Virus record (IMG/VR): IMGVR_UViG_3300044513_000589
Reading direction: 5' to 3' (one strand)
Origin: an uncultured virus (IMG/VR IMGVR_UViG_3300044513_000589)
Lineage: Duplodnaviria > Heunggongvirae > Uroviricota > Caudoviricetes
Length of the DNA: 64,000 nucleotides
Part shown: positions 49,078-58,610 of the stretch, piece by piece
Numbering within the stretch: position 1 is the stretch's first letter
Layout of the letters: each line of letters starts with the position of its first letter
Translations under genes and position numbers: made by a program
The notes under the pieces: model-generated
The model's database searches: none
What the model was told of the DNA's origin: nothing
Seen by the model: the letters and a program-made list of their open reading frames with translations, nothing else

Positions 49078-51110
49078 TCGTTGAGAACCGTAACGTTCAG
49101 ACTGCCCAGTTCAATGTGGACACTCGTGTTCTCACTCTTCCTAACTGGAACAAAGCCCCTGAGCACGTTACTGATCTCCTGATCTCGCATGAGGTGGGTC
49201 ATGCTTTGTATACCCCCACTGAGCGTTTCCACTACACTTGCCCTCACTCCTACATCAATGTGGTTGAAGACATCCGCATTGAGAAGTTGATGAAGCGTCG
49301 CTACGCTGGTCTTTCTAAGACTTTCTACAAAGGGTACCAGCAGTTTGCTGAGGATGATTTCTTTGAAGTTGCTGATACTGATGTCAGCAAGATGAACATC
49401 ATTGATCGTCTGAACATCTTCTTCAAGATTGGTAACTTCTTCGATGTTTCTTTTTCTTCTGTTGAGAAGAAGTTTATTGATCAAGCCAATCGTCTTGAGG
49501 GTTTCCAAGATGTAATCGATTTAGCAGAAGCAATCTATAAATACTACAGGGAAGAGGAGGATCGTCCTTCTCAGACTCCCACCGAAAACCTGCCTCAGCA
49601 GCAATCGGGTCAGGCATCTTCCCAGGCGCCCAATCAGGCGAACCAAGATATAGATGACGGGGAAGGAGAATCGACTGACGAATCTCAGAGTCAAGAAACA
49701 GAATCTACTACTACTGATGGAGAAATCCCTCAGGGTGGTACTGGTCATGCTGAAGATCATGAAGCCGTTACAGATTCTCTCCTTCGAGAGAAGCTTCAGA
49801 ACTTAGTCGATTCTTCCTCCCCCGAAATCAATTACGTTGAGCGCCCTGTCTTTGAGTTGGACAAGGTAGTAATTGACTACACCAAGCTCAATGATTACAC
49901 TGAAGATTACTTTGGAGACCATGGTCTTAGAGTAGAGAGTAACGAGTACATCAATTCCTTTTGGGATAAGTTCAAGAAAGATTCTGCTCGTGAAGTAAAC
50001 TATCTTGTTAAAGAGTTTGAGTGTAAGAAAGCCGCTAGCGCTTATGCTCGCTCTCACACTTCTCGGACTGGTGTGCTTGATACCAACAAGCTTCACACCT
50101 ACAAATTTAACGATGATATCTTCCGTAAGATTAATATCGTTCCTGATGGTAAGAATCACGGACTGATCTTTAATCTTGACTGGTCTGGATCCATGCAAGA
50201 TGTCCTGCTTGACACTGTGAAGCAGTTGCTCTGTCTGACTATGTTCTGCCGTAAGGTTGGTATCCCTTACGATGTGTACATCTTCACTAATGAGTGGTAT
50301 AATTCTGATACCACTATGTTTGCTCCGATGAAAGCAGGTACCCTTGTCGCTCAAGGGTTTGCTTTGGTGAACGTTCTCTCCAGTCGAGCCAAGACTAAGG
50401 AGCAGGATCTTCTTGCTCATCGTCTTTTCTCTTACGCTTGGGCATTCACTAATCGCCAGTATGGTGTTGGCATTCCCAGCAAGATGTACCTCTCTGGAAC
50501 TCCTCTTAATGAAGCGCTGCTTGTTCAGCACCAGTTGATTAAGCAGTTCCAGCAGCGTAGTAAGGCAGAAAAGGTTCACGTTGTCGTTCTCACTGATGGT
50601 GAAGGTTGCCCGCTAATGCGTTGGCAGAACTACGAAACTGATAAAGGTTTTGATCGAGTCGTTCGTAGAACCTGCCACCAGACTCGTCTCCGTGATCGCA
50701 AGACTGGAAGGGTTTATCCTATTTTCACTGGTGGCTATTATGCTGGTGACAATCAGACTGAAGTTCTAGTTCAGAACCTTCAAGAGAATTTCCCTCAGTG
50801 TAATTTCATTAACATTCGTCTCTGCTCTACTTCCGACTTCACTAGCGTTAAGCGTTACTATCTCCCTACCTTTGAGGAGCGTGTAAAGGCAGAGACTCAG
50901 TGGAAGAAAGAGAAATGCTACATTGGTAAAACTTCCAACTACAGTCGTTCTCTTTTCATTCATAGTAAGTCAATCAGTGACAGCGGCAATTCTTTTGAGG
51001 TTGCTGAAGACGCAAGCAAGGCTCAGATCCGTAGCGCTTTTAAGAAAGCACTCGGTAACCGTAAGACCAGCAAGCGCATTCTTTCTGAATTTATAACAAT
51101 GATCGCATGA
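49026..51110 (+). CDS. HExxH metallopeptidase-like + vWA protein (CobT-like partner of MoxR ATPase)
   Basis: SHEVGH..ED.RIE; acidic linker; MIDAS DWSGS, SGTP, LTDGE. Confidence 0.85.
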   Translation: MSEVKGTLAKLLAQEDLIVENRNVQTAQFNVDTRVLTLPNWNKAPEHVTDLLISHEVGHALYTPTERFHYTCPHSYINVVEDIRIEKLMKRRYAGLSKTFYKGYQQFAEDDFFEVADTDVSKMNIIDRLNIFFKIGNFFDVSFSSVEKKFIDQANRLEGFQDVIDLAEAIYKYYREEEDRPSQTPTENLPQQQSGQASSQAPNQANQDIDDGEGESTDESQSQETESTTTDGEIPQGGTGHAEDHEAVTDSLLREKLQNLVDSSSPEINYVERPVFELDKVVIDYTKLNDYTEDYFGDHGLRVESNEYINSFWDKFKKDSAREVNYLVKEFECKKAASAYARSHTSRTGVLDTNKLHTYKFNDDIFRKINIVPDGKNHGLIFNLDWSGSMQDVLLDTVKQLLCLTMFCRKVGIPYDVYIFTNEWYNSDTTMFAPMKAGTLVAQGFALVNVLSSRAKTKEQDLLAHRLFSYAWAFTNRQYGVGIPSKMYLSGTPLNEALLVQHQLIKQFQQRSKAEKVHVVVLTDGEGCPLMRWQNYETDKGFDRVVRRTCHQTRLRDRKTGRVYPIFTGGYYAGDNQTEVLVQNLQENFPQCNFINIRLCSTSDFTSVKRYYLPTFEERVKAETQWKKEKCYIGKTSNYSRSLFIHSKSISDSGNSFEVAEDASKAQIRSAFKKALGNRKTSKRILSEFITMIA

Positions 51111-51736
51111 CACCACGTCCTCAAATTCATTCTTTGTTTCCCACTCCAGTATTTGAGAGTGTTATCCCTGTCCAAAAGAAATGGATGAAAGCGGTGGAGA
51201 ATCTTAACTACCACCGCACTGCCACTGACAATGGATGGATCTCTTACGAGAGAAATATCTGGGAGATTCCTGACTTGAAAGATCTTCAGTTAGAAATTAA
51301 AGACGCAATCAAATACTTCGCTCACGAATACCTCAACGTTTCTCATAATGTCTACATGGATGTTGTGAGGGGTTGGGGTGTTAAGCATGGTGAAAATGAT
51401 TGGGCTCAAAATCATTGTCACATGAACGCTGTATTCAGCGGTGTATATTATCTGGATGTTGGTCCCGACAGTGGGGATCTTGTATTTGAAAAGGGGCAGC
51501 ATTTTCCTAATTGCTTTATGCCTACGCTTGAGCCAGATTGTGATGGGTATAATTTGTTTACTGGTAAGTCTTGGCGATGGAGACCAGAGACAGGGAAGAT
51601 CATTGCCTTCCCTAGTCAGTTGATTCATAACGTAGAGAAGAACCTTTCTGGAAGAACTAGATACTGTATTGGATTTGATGTCTTCCCCAGGGGCACCTTT
51701 GGCTACGGGGCAGGCAGTGGATTAACTGTCCACTAG
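51107..51736 (+). CDS. 2OG-Fe(II) oxygenase, TIGR02466-like
   Basis: LFPTPV, HCH, FSGVYY, FPSQLIH. Confidence 0.85.
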   Translation: MTPRPQIHSLFPTPVFESVIPVQKKWMKAVENLNYHRTATDNGWISYERNIWEIPDLKDLQLEIKDAIKYFAHEYLNVSHNVYMDVVRGWGVKHGENDWAQNHCHMNAVFSGVYYLDVGPDSGDLVFEKGQHFPNCFMPTLEPDCDGYNLFTGKSWRWRPETGKIIAFPSQLIHNVEKNLSGRTRYCIGFDVFPRGTFGYGAGSGLTVH

Positions 51737-51768
51737 AGATCAGTGGGGGTCGGTATGCCCCCTATACT
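51724..51768 (+). promoter_or_regulatory. Early-type promoter for cobS
   Basis: AACTGTCCAC, GGGGGT...GCCCCC hairpin, TATACT (51763-51768). Confidence 0.55.
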
Positions 51769-51792
51769 TAGTACATACCAAACGAGGTCACA

Positions 51793-52845
51793 ATGTCCCA
51801 CAACTTTGCCGCTGAACTCTCCGCACAATTTGGCACCCTGATTGATGCTGCTCAGGTCAAGGCATATGCCAAGGTGACTGGAGTGTCCTACAATACGATC
51901 ACTCGCCACCTTGAGGAGTATAAGGTCAAGCGTGGTACTTGGGATCTGACTGTCAAGGAGCGTCTTGAGCAGACTTTCAATGCTTCTATCCAAGTTACCG
52001 AGCGGGAAGATCAGAACCTGATTCCTGAGAAAGATACCTCCTTTGTCCCGTTCGGGAACTTTGCTGATCTTAAGAAGATCATCAAGTCTAACTTTTTCTA
52101 CCCTGTTTTCATTACTGGTCTGTCTGGTAATGGCAAGTCCTTTGGTGTTGAGCAAGCATGTGCCACTCTAAATAGAGAGCTCATTCGCGTGAACATTACC
52201 ATTGAGACTGACGAGGATGATCTTATTGGTGGGTTCCGTCTTGTTAATGGCGAAACTGTCTGGCATAATGGACCCGTCGTGGAGGCTCTTGAGCGCGGAG
52301 CTGTGCTGCTTCTAGACGAGGTTGACCTGGCATCTAACAAGATCCTGTGTCTCCAGTCTGTTCTTGAAGGTAAGGGTGTCTTCCTCAAGAAGATTGGTAA
52401 GTATGTCAAGGCAGCTCCTGGTTTCACCGTAGTTGCTACTGCTAACACCAAGGGTAAGGGTAGCGATGACGGTCGCTTTGTTGGTACTAACGTTCTCAAT
52501 GAAGCATTCCTTGAGCGCTTCCCTGTGACCTTCGAGCAAGAGTATCCCACTCCTGCTATCGAGCAGAAGATCTTGGCTCACCACTGTGAGGATGAGATGT
52601 TCAATCGTAATCTCTGTGACTGGGCAGATATCATCCGCAAGACCTTTGCTGATGGTGGCATTGATGAGATCATCTCCACTCGTCGCCTTGTTCACATCGC
52701 CCGTGCCTATGCTATCTTTAATGATAAGGCAAAGGCAATCAAGGCATGTATCTCTCGCTTTGACGATGAGACCAAGCAAGCCTTTCTGGAGTTGTATGAC
52801 AAAGTTGACGCTGAGGTGAGCATCGATGAAGGATCTGTGGATTGA
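51793..52845 (+). CDS. cobS: MoxR-like AAA+ ATPase (cyanophage 'CobS')
   Basis: GLSGNGKS, LLLDEVD, ATANTKG, NEAFLERF, ISTRRL. Confidence 0.92.
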   Translation: MSHNFAAELSAQFGTLIDAAQVKAYAKVTGVSYNTITRHLEEYKVKRGTWDLTVKERLEQTFNASIQVTEREDQNLIPEKDTSFVPFGNFADLKKIIKSNFFYPVFITGLSGNGKSFGVEQACATLNRELIRVNITIETDEDDLIGGFRLVNGETVWHNGPVVEALERGAVLLLDEVDLASNKILCLQSVLEGKGVFLKKIGKYVKAAPGFTVVATANTKGKGSDDGRFVGTNVLNEAFLERFPVTFEQEYPTPAIEQKILAHHCEDEMFNRNLCDWADIIRKTFADGGIDEIISTRRLVHIARAYAIFNDKAKAIKACISRFDDETKQAFLELYDKVDAEVSIDEGSVD

Positions 52846-53452
52846 GTATCAGCGGGCGGTCTCTGAGACCTTCCCTGATCTAGAAAACATCTGTGACTGG
52901 GCAGACTGGGAGGAGAAAGGAACCTCCCTCTCTGCTAAGATCTACAGCAACCAATACATTGCTAAGTCACGAGAGGTTTTGATTTGGAGTGAGAAGTCGT
53001 GTATCTATAACACGATCATCTATCCTAAGACTGGATCTAACCTCCCTTGCTTTGGGATGGACTTGATGGGTTTCTTTGAGAAGAAGGTCATCTTGGTATT
53101 TGACTTCCAGCATCCAGTAGAGAACTACCTGTTCTCTCATCCAGATCTCCCTAAGGCAGAGGGTGACTATAGGTTCTTTGAGCCAGGTAATCACTTCTCT
53201 GAGAACATCTATGTTGCCAAGTGTACGATGTCTGAGGTTAATGATCACCTTGAGATGTTCAAGAAATACTTGACCATTTACAAGGATATGGTAGAATGTA
53301 AGAAGCCCAATGGGCTGGACATGTCTTCCACTTACTCTGACTTCGATAAGTACATGACGCGACTTGATCCTGTTGGTGGATATCTTGCTAGTACATTTGG
53401 TAAGGAGAAGGCAGAGTCTTTGGTCAATGACTTCCTCTTTACCTATGGTTAA
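52826..53452 (+). CDS. pebS: Phycoerythrobilin synthase (ferredoxin-dependent bilin reductase)
   Basis: IYNTIIYPKTG..LPCFGMDLM, VFDFQHP, YRFFE.GNHFS, FDKYMT.LDPV; closely resembles cyanophage PebS as I recall it, with both catalytic Asp positions present. Confidence 0.88.
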   Translation: MKDLWIEYQRAVSETFPDLENICDWADWEEKGTSLSAKIYSNQYIAKSREVLIWSEKSCIYNTIIYPKTGSNLPCFGMDLMGFFEKKVILVFDFQHPVENYLFSHPDLPKAEGDYRFFEPGNHFSENIYVAKCTMSEVNDHLEMFKKYLTIYKDMVECKKPNGLDMSSTYSDFDKYMTRLDPVGGYLASTFGKEKAESLVNDFLFTYG

Positions 53453-53867
53453 CTCTTGGTCCCTGCTTTATGATGCTATGGAAGAAGATAAAATTGTTTT
53501 GAACTATGACAGAGAACCTGTTGTAGATTATGTCGGACCTGACAGTATTTTTAATGTGAACGTAAACGAATCTCTCCCTCATTATCGATTCAATGAGGAC
53601 GCAGTTCTTAAAACTGCCAAGGACTATATTGCTTCGACGTATCGTCAGCACTATACTTCTGATAAATCTCCCACTCAGACTCTTGATCTGATTGCTTCCA
53701 TTGGCGATGGTGAACCCTTCTGCCGCAGCAATGCGATTAAGTATTTGAGCCGTTATGATAAGAAGGGCAGTGCCAAGAATGACATCTTGAAAGCAATTCA
53801 CTACTGCGTCCTACTGTATAATTTTGTTGAACAATCTACTGAGACTGAAACCTATGAGACTTTCTAA
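53445..53867 (+). CDS. DUF3310/SaV-like protein (possible nucleotide kinase)
   Basis: QHY, FCRSNAIKYLSRY.KKG...DI.KA.HY. Confidence 0.7.
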   Translation: MVNSWSLLYDAMEEDKIVLNYDREPVVDYVGPDSIFNVNVNESLPHYRFNEDAVLKTAKDYIASTYRQHYTSDKSPTQTLDLIASIGDGEPFCRSNAIKYLSRYDKKGSAKNDILKAIHYCVLLYNFVEQSTETETYETF

Positions 53868-54534
53868 TCGAACCGTACAGATCCTGAAGACGTTCGTTAA
53901 TATCAATAAGTCTATCCAGTTTCGGAAGGGTAACGAAATTTCTACTCTGGCTATCCAGAAGAATGTTCTTGCTCGTGCTCCTGTTGATGAAGATTTCCCC
54001 CAGGACTTTGCTATCTATGATCTTGGTGAGTTTGTACAGGTGCTTAACCTGTTTCAGGATGGTGAACTCACCTTCGATAGTCCAAGTTATGTAACTATCT
54101 CTTCTGGTCGCAACCAGGCACGATACTTCTTTGCTGATCCTAGCATCATCACTGCTCCTCCCACTAAAGCACCTTCCCTTCCTAGTGTTGAGGTTGAGTT
54201 TGATCTCAGTCGCGATGATCTCCAGCGAGTTGTCCAGTCTATTAACATCTATAAGGTAGAAGATATTTCTATCGTAGGTGAGCCTGGTGGTCATGTGTCT
54301 ATCGTTGTTCGTGACCGTAAGAATGATTCTTCCAATACCTATTCTGTAGATGTTGGTGAGGCAGACGCAAACTTCTGCTTCAATCTCAAGGCAGAGAATC
54401 TAGTCGGTAAGGTTATTCCTGGCGACTACAAAGTCAAGATCAGCTCTAAGGGTGCTAGCACCTGGCGTTGTACCTCTGACAGTCTTGAGTACATGATTGC
54501 TCTAGAGCCAGATTCTAAGTATGAGGCAGGTTGA
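53854..54534 (+). CDS. g45: Sliding clamp gp45
   Basis: MRLS..T..ILK.F..IN.SI, FAIYDL..F, Y.IALEPDS. Confidence 0.93.
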   Translation: MRLSNRTVQILKTFVNINKSIQFRKGNEISTLAIQKNVLARAPVDEDFPQDFAIYDLGEFVQVLNLFQDGELTFDSPSYVTISSGRNQARYFFADPSIITAPPTKAPSLPSVEVEFDLSRDDLQRVVQSINIYKVEDISIVGEPGGHVSIVVRDRKNDSSNTYSVDVGEADANFCFNLKAENLVGKVIPGDYKVKISSKGASTWRCTSDSLEYMIALEPDSKYEAG

Positions 54535-55120
54535 TATTGAAGTCATAGATGATTTTGTTTCTCCTTCTTATCTGAAGGAGTTACAAACTCTACTGACAGG
54601 CACCGACTTCCATTGGCATTTTCAGAGTTCACAATCTCTGGACTATTCTTCTGAGAAGCTGGAAGACTTTGGGTTCTCACAGGGCATTGTCCCTCCCTGG
54701 GAACCCAATCGATTTTTAGATACAGGTTGTGCTTTCTTTATTGCTCCATTGATCTATCAGATCAAAGACAATCTACAGGCAGATAATATCATGCGCTGTA
54801 GACTAGACATGACCGTACTTCATAAACCACCATATCTTCACCCACCACACATTGACATTGGTGAAGATCATGTTGCTTGTATTGTGTACATCAATGAAAC
54901 TGATGGTGACACCGTGATCTATGACAAGCAACTGACAAATATGGAACTGGCACAATGGAAGCTTGACATGACCTTGAACCTCCCCGATAATGTAGAGGTC
55001 AAGAGACGTATCTCACCCAAGCCAGGACGTGTGGTATTATTTAATGGAAGGTATGCCCATACAGGGCACTCTCCTAGCGAGCATCAGTCTCGCATCTTGA
55101 TCAACTCTGTCTTTACTTGA
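54521..55120 (+). CDS. 2OG-Fe(II) oxygenase
   Basis: VIDDF, PHID, YINETDGDT, FNGRYAHTG, RILIN. Confidence 0.85.
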   Translation: MRQVDIEVIDDFVSPSYLKELQTLLTGTDFHWHFQSSQSLDYSSEKLEDFGFSQGIVPPWEPNRFLDTGCAFFIAPLIYQIKDNLQADNIMRCRLDMTVLHKPPYLHPPHIDIGEDHVACIVYINETDGDTVIYDKQLTNMELAQWKLDMTLNLPDNVEVKRRISPKPGRVVLFNGRYAHTGHSPSEHQSRILINSVFT

Positions 55121-55122
55121 TT

Positions 55123-56070
55123 ATGAGTGACTTTCTTTGGGTAGAAAAGTATCGCCCTAAGACTATTGATGAATGTATTCTTCCTGCTGAAACGAAGAGT
55201 ACATTCAACTCCTTTGTTGCCAAAGGAGAACTGCCCAATCTTCTTCTGTCTGGCTCTGCTGGTATTGGTAAGACTACCATTGCTAAAGCATTGTGCGAAG
55301 AGTTGGGTCTAGACTATATTGTTATTAATGGATCCGATGAAGGACGATTTCTCGACACGGTACGAAACACCGCAAAGAGCTTTGCTTCGACCGTCTCACT
55401 ACTTGGTGCTGACAACAAGCACAAAGTCATCATTGTTGACGAAGCTGATAACACGACCCACGATGTACAACTCTGCCTACGGGCGTTTATTGAGGAGTTT
55501 CATCGCAACTGTCGATTCATCTTCACTTGTAACTACAAGAACAACATCATTCCAGCGCTCCATTCTCGCTGTACAGTCTTCGATTTCGCAATCAAAGGCA
55601 AAGCAAAAGCCAGTCTCGCAGCCCAATTCTTTAAGCGTGTCGGGACTATACTTGAGGGAGAGGGGATCTCGTATGATCCAGCAGTCGTGGCAGAGGTTAT
55701 TCAGAAGCACTTCCCTGACTTCAGGAGAGTCCTCAATGAACTCCAGCGATACTCAGCGTCGGGATCCATCGACACTGGCATTCTGGCGTCGCTGAGTGAG
55801 GTACACATTGGTAACCTCGCTGCTTATCTAAAGGGCAAGCAGTTCAGCAAGGTTCGTCAATGGGTAGTTGATAACCTTGACAATGACGCAAACACTATTC
55901 TGAGAACTCTTTATGACAACCTTTATCAAACGCTTGAGCCCGCTTCCATTCCTCAAGCAGTGCTCATCATCGGCAAGTACCAGTATCAGTCTGCTTTCGT
56001 TGCCGATCAAGAGATCAACCTTTTGGCAGCTCTGACGGAGATGATGTGTGAGTGTGATTTCAAAGCTTAG
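55123..56070 (+). CDS. g44: Clamp loader large subunit gp44
   Basis: LWVEKYRP, GIGKTT, DEAD, SRC. Confidence 0.96.
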   Translation: MSDFLWVEKYRPKTIDECILPAETKSTFNSFVAKGELPNLLLSGSAGIGKTTIAKALCEELGLDYIVINGSDEGRFLDTVRNTAKSFASTVSLLGADNKHKVIIVDEADNTTHDVQLCLRAFIEEFHRNCRFIFTCNYKNNIIPALHSRCTVFDFAIKGKAKASLAAQFFKRVGTILEGEGISYDPAVVAEVIQKHFPDFRRVLNELQRYSASGSIDTGILASLSEVHIGNLAAYLKGKQFSKVRQWVVDNLDNDANTILRTLYDNLYQTLEPASIPQAVLIIGKYQYQSAFVADQEINLLAALTEMMCECDFKA

Positions 56071-56587
56071 GAATCCTCTTAGGGAGTCCTACCAAACATT
56101 CAAGGAACTTGTCAACGGACAAGAGTTTCCTTGGTATTATTACGAACATAGTGTAGAAGGGAAGAACGATGAGTTCGACAACGTTCCTTTCTACGGTCAC
56201 ACTATTCTGGCTAGACCTGGGTATGGAAACGCTTTGTACTCTACTCCCATGTCTCCTTATATAGAGTTAGCCAACCTTGTACTTTCTGACATCTTCGAGT
56301 ATAATAATATCGATGTGAACGTAGTTCATAGGATCAATGTGAACTGTACTCATTGGTCAAGTGACCTCCCTTCCGTCCCACATGTTGATCATGATTTCCC
56401 ACACAAGAATCTAGTCATTTATCTTAGCGGATTTGACTTTGGCGAAACTTGTCTGTGGAAAGATGGTAAATGTGTCTCCCGATATATACCAGTCGAAGAT
56501 GGTATTATCACTTTTGAAGGACTACATAACATAGAACAACCAAGAGCTGGTTGTAGAAGAATTGTTTTAGTTGCTACTTATTCATGA
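56048..56587 (+). CDS. 2OG-Fe(II) oxygenase
   Basis: FPWY, PHVDH, FEGLH, RRIVLV; GTG start. Confidence 0.75.
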   Translation: MSVISKLRNPLRESYQTFKELVNGQEFPWYYYEHSVEGKNDEFDNVPFYGHTILARPGYGNALYSTPMSPYIELANLVLSDIFEYNNIDVNVVHRINVNCTHWSSDLPSVPHVDHDFPHKNLVIYLSGFDFGETCLWKDGKCVSRYIPVEDGIITFEGLHNIEQPRAGCRRIVLVATYS

Positions 56588-57444
56588 AATCTTTGAAGAC
56601 GCCATTGCGATACCCTGGGGGAAAGTCCAGAGCAGTTCCTAAACTGTTTGAATATCTTCCTAAGGAAATTAGCGAGTATCGAGAGCCATTCCTAGGTGGT
56701 GGTTCTATGGCGATTGCTATTACTAAAGCGTATCCAGATGTCCCTATCTGGGTGAATGATCTTTACGAACCTCTGTATAACTTCTGGGTAAATCTTCGTG
56801 AGTTCGGTACCAGCATGACTGAAGAACTCAGGTCGTTGAAGAAAGAAAACCAGAACACAGAGACTGCTCGTGCCCTCTTCGATTTTTGTAAGGTACAGGT
56901 CAATGATAAGGATGTTGATCCTCTCCAGCGTGCTGTGGCTTTCTATGTTGTTAATAAGTGTTCGTTTAGTGGACTCACTGAATCGAGTAGTTTCTCAGGA
57001 CAGGCTTCAAACAACAACTTCACCATGAGAGGTATTGAAAAACTTCCTGAGTACAGCGATCTTATTGCTGACTGGAAGATTACTAATCTTTCTTATGAAG
57101 AAGTAGTTGCTGATTGTACTCACAAGACACCTATCGGTTCTGTGAACGAGACTGCTTTCATTTATGTTGATCCTCCGTATAACATCAAGGATGTTTTGTA
57201 TGGAAAGAAGGGCAACATGCATAAAGGATTTGATCATGCTAAGTTCGCTGATACCATGGACTCGGTTCTTAGTAATGTGATGATCTCATATAACAACCAC
57301 CCAGATATCCAACAGAGATTTGATGAGTGGCATCAGTATGACTGGGATCATACTTATACGATGCGATCTACTGGAGACTACATGAAGAACCAGCAAGAGC
57401 GTCGTGAACTTCTGTTGACGAATTATGGATGGTGTGTTGACTGA
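56584..57444 (+). CDS. dam: DNA adenine methyltransferase (Dam/D12 family)
   Basis: LRYPGGKS, EPFLGGGS, YVDPPY, ELLLTNY. Confidence 0.9.
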   Translation: MKSLKTPLRYPGGKSRAVPKLFEYLPKEISEYREPFLGGGSMAIAITKAYPDVPIWVNDLYEPLYNFWVNLREFGTSMTEELRSLKKENQNTETARALFDFCKVQVNDKDVDPLQRAVAFYVVNKCSFSGLTESSSFSGQASNNNFTMRGIEKLPEYSDLIADWKITNLSYEEVVADCTHKTPIGSVNETAFIYVDPPYNIKDVLYGKKGNMHKGFDHAKFADTMDSVLSNVMISYNNHPDIQQRFDEWHQYDWDHTYTMRSTGDYMKNQQERRELLLTNYGWCVD

Positions 57445-57656
57445 TGGGTGGAAGTTTAGGTGTACGGGTAAAGAATGGCTATTGCTCTCTCTATCACACG
57501 AAGAGAGGAGTTCTCAGTACCTTCTGCCCCAATTCGCAATCCGCCATCATCAATGGCGATGAGATCCATGTCACCCTGAACAGTGGCAGCATTGCGATCT
57601 ATGAAATTAATTCTAATGGGACAGGTGTCCGTGGACCTGTCAAAATTATCACATGA
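57444..57656 (+). CDS. Hypothetical protein
   Basis: 70 aa, coupled on both sides. Confidence 0.6.
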   Translation: MGGSLGVRVKNGYCSLYHTKRGVLSTFCPNSQSAIINGDEIHVTLNSGSIAIYEINSNGTGVRGPVKIIT

Positions 57657-58252
57657 AGTATGTCAACATCAGTTCGCCAATCTTATATAAGGATCGCTTT
57701 GAATTTGACGAGCGCTATGTTGAAAAAGCCGACGAGCTATTCCGACTGGTTACCAAGTACAGCGTTGATACACCTGTAGAGAGGGGTGGATCATCCACAG
57801 CAAATCTCTATGGGATTAAGGAGCATCGTCTTCCGCATACGGATCCTCTCTTTAATCCATTTCTTTATTGGTTGGATGAGAAACTTGCTTATCTGAAAAA
57901 GGTATGGAAGTATGAAAATTCTTTCCCCCACTTTATTTCTAATAGTTGGTTCAACGAACACTTCAGAGGAGACTGGACTGACGAACATGCTCACGGTCCC
58001 TGTATTGTCTGTACGGCATACGTACGCAAGCCAGAAGACTCTGGGAACCTATTGGTAAGAGATCCACTCACTGAGGTTAGAACCAGTGAACCCATGGACA
58101 TACAACCATGGAGATTAATCCCTGTGGAGCAGGGAGACGTTGTTTTCTTTCCTGGGTGGCTGAGACATAAGACAGAACCAAGTCAATCAGACACCAGACG
58201 TTTGACATTAACTTTGAATATCACACCTAATTATGAGTGCGGAACTTTCTGA
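57653..58252 (+). CDS. 2OG-Fe(II) oxygenase, TIGR02466-like
   Basis: SWFN, HAH, FPGWLRH, RLTLTLN. Confidence 0.85.
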   Translation: MKYVNISSPILYKDRFEFDERYVEKADELFRLVTKYSVDTPVERGGSSTANLYGIKEHRLPHTDPLFNPFLYWLDEKLAYLKKVWKYENSFPHFISNSWFNEHFRGDWTDEHAHGPCIVCTAYVRKPEDSGNLLVRDPLTEVRTSEPMDIQPWRLIPVEQGDVVFFPGWLRHKTEPSQSDTRRLTLTLNITPNYECGTF

Positions 58253-58610
58253 TTATTTGAACTCGATCAATCAAACTAAGGAGCACCTTGGTGATGATGC
58301 GATGAAAAAATACCCAGCGTACATTGTGAACCGCTGTCTCTCTGGTCACATTGATGCTATCTTGTTTGCTAATGAGATGAACAAGATGGCTCATCTGGAC
58401 AATAGACTTCAATATGACTTTTTTATAAATACATTGAGAAAACGCAAACGTTTTTCACCTTGGTTGAAGAAAGAACAGATCACTGATCTGGATCTTGTCA
58501 AGCGTCACTATGGTTATAGTAACGAAAAAGCAAAGATCGCTCTCACTCTTCTCACCGAAGAACAACTTGAATTTATTAGATCCAGACATGAGATGGGAGG
58601 ACGAAAATGA
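58233..58610 (+). CDS. g62: Clamp loader small subunit gp62
   Basis: YLNSIN, NRCLS, ANEMN, RKRKRFSPW, YGYSNEKA. Confidence 0.92.
   Translation: MSAELSDYLNSINQTKEHLGDDAMKKYPAYIVNRCLSGHIDAILFANEMNKMAHLDNRLQYDFFINTLRKRKRFSPWLKKEQITDLDLVKRHYGYSNEKAKIALTLLTEEQLEFIRSRHEMGGRK
58424..58431 (+). promoter_or_regulatory. Late promoter TATAAATA inside g62, upstream of regA
   Basis: Exact consensus. Confidence 0.5.

Noticed and set aside
51793..52845. Cobalamin biosynthesis role for 'cobS'
   Set aside because: There is no cobN or other cob gene in the window, and the context fits a MoxR-vWA pair.
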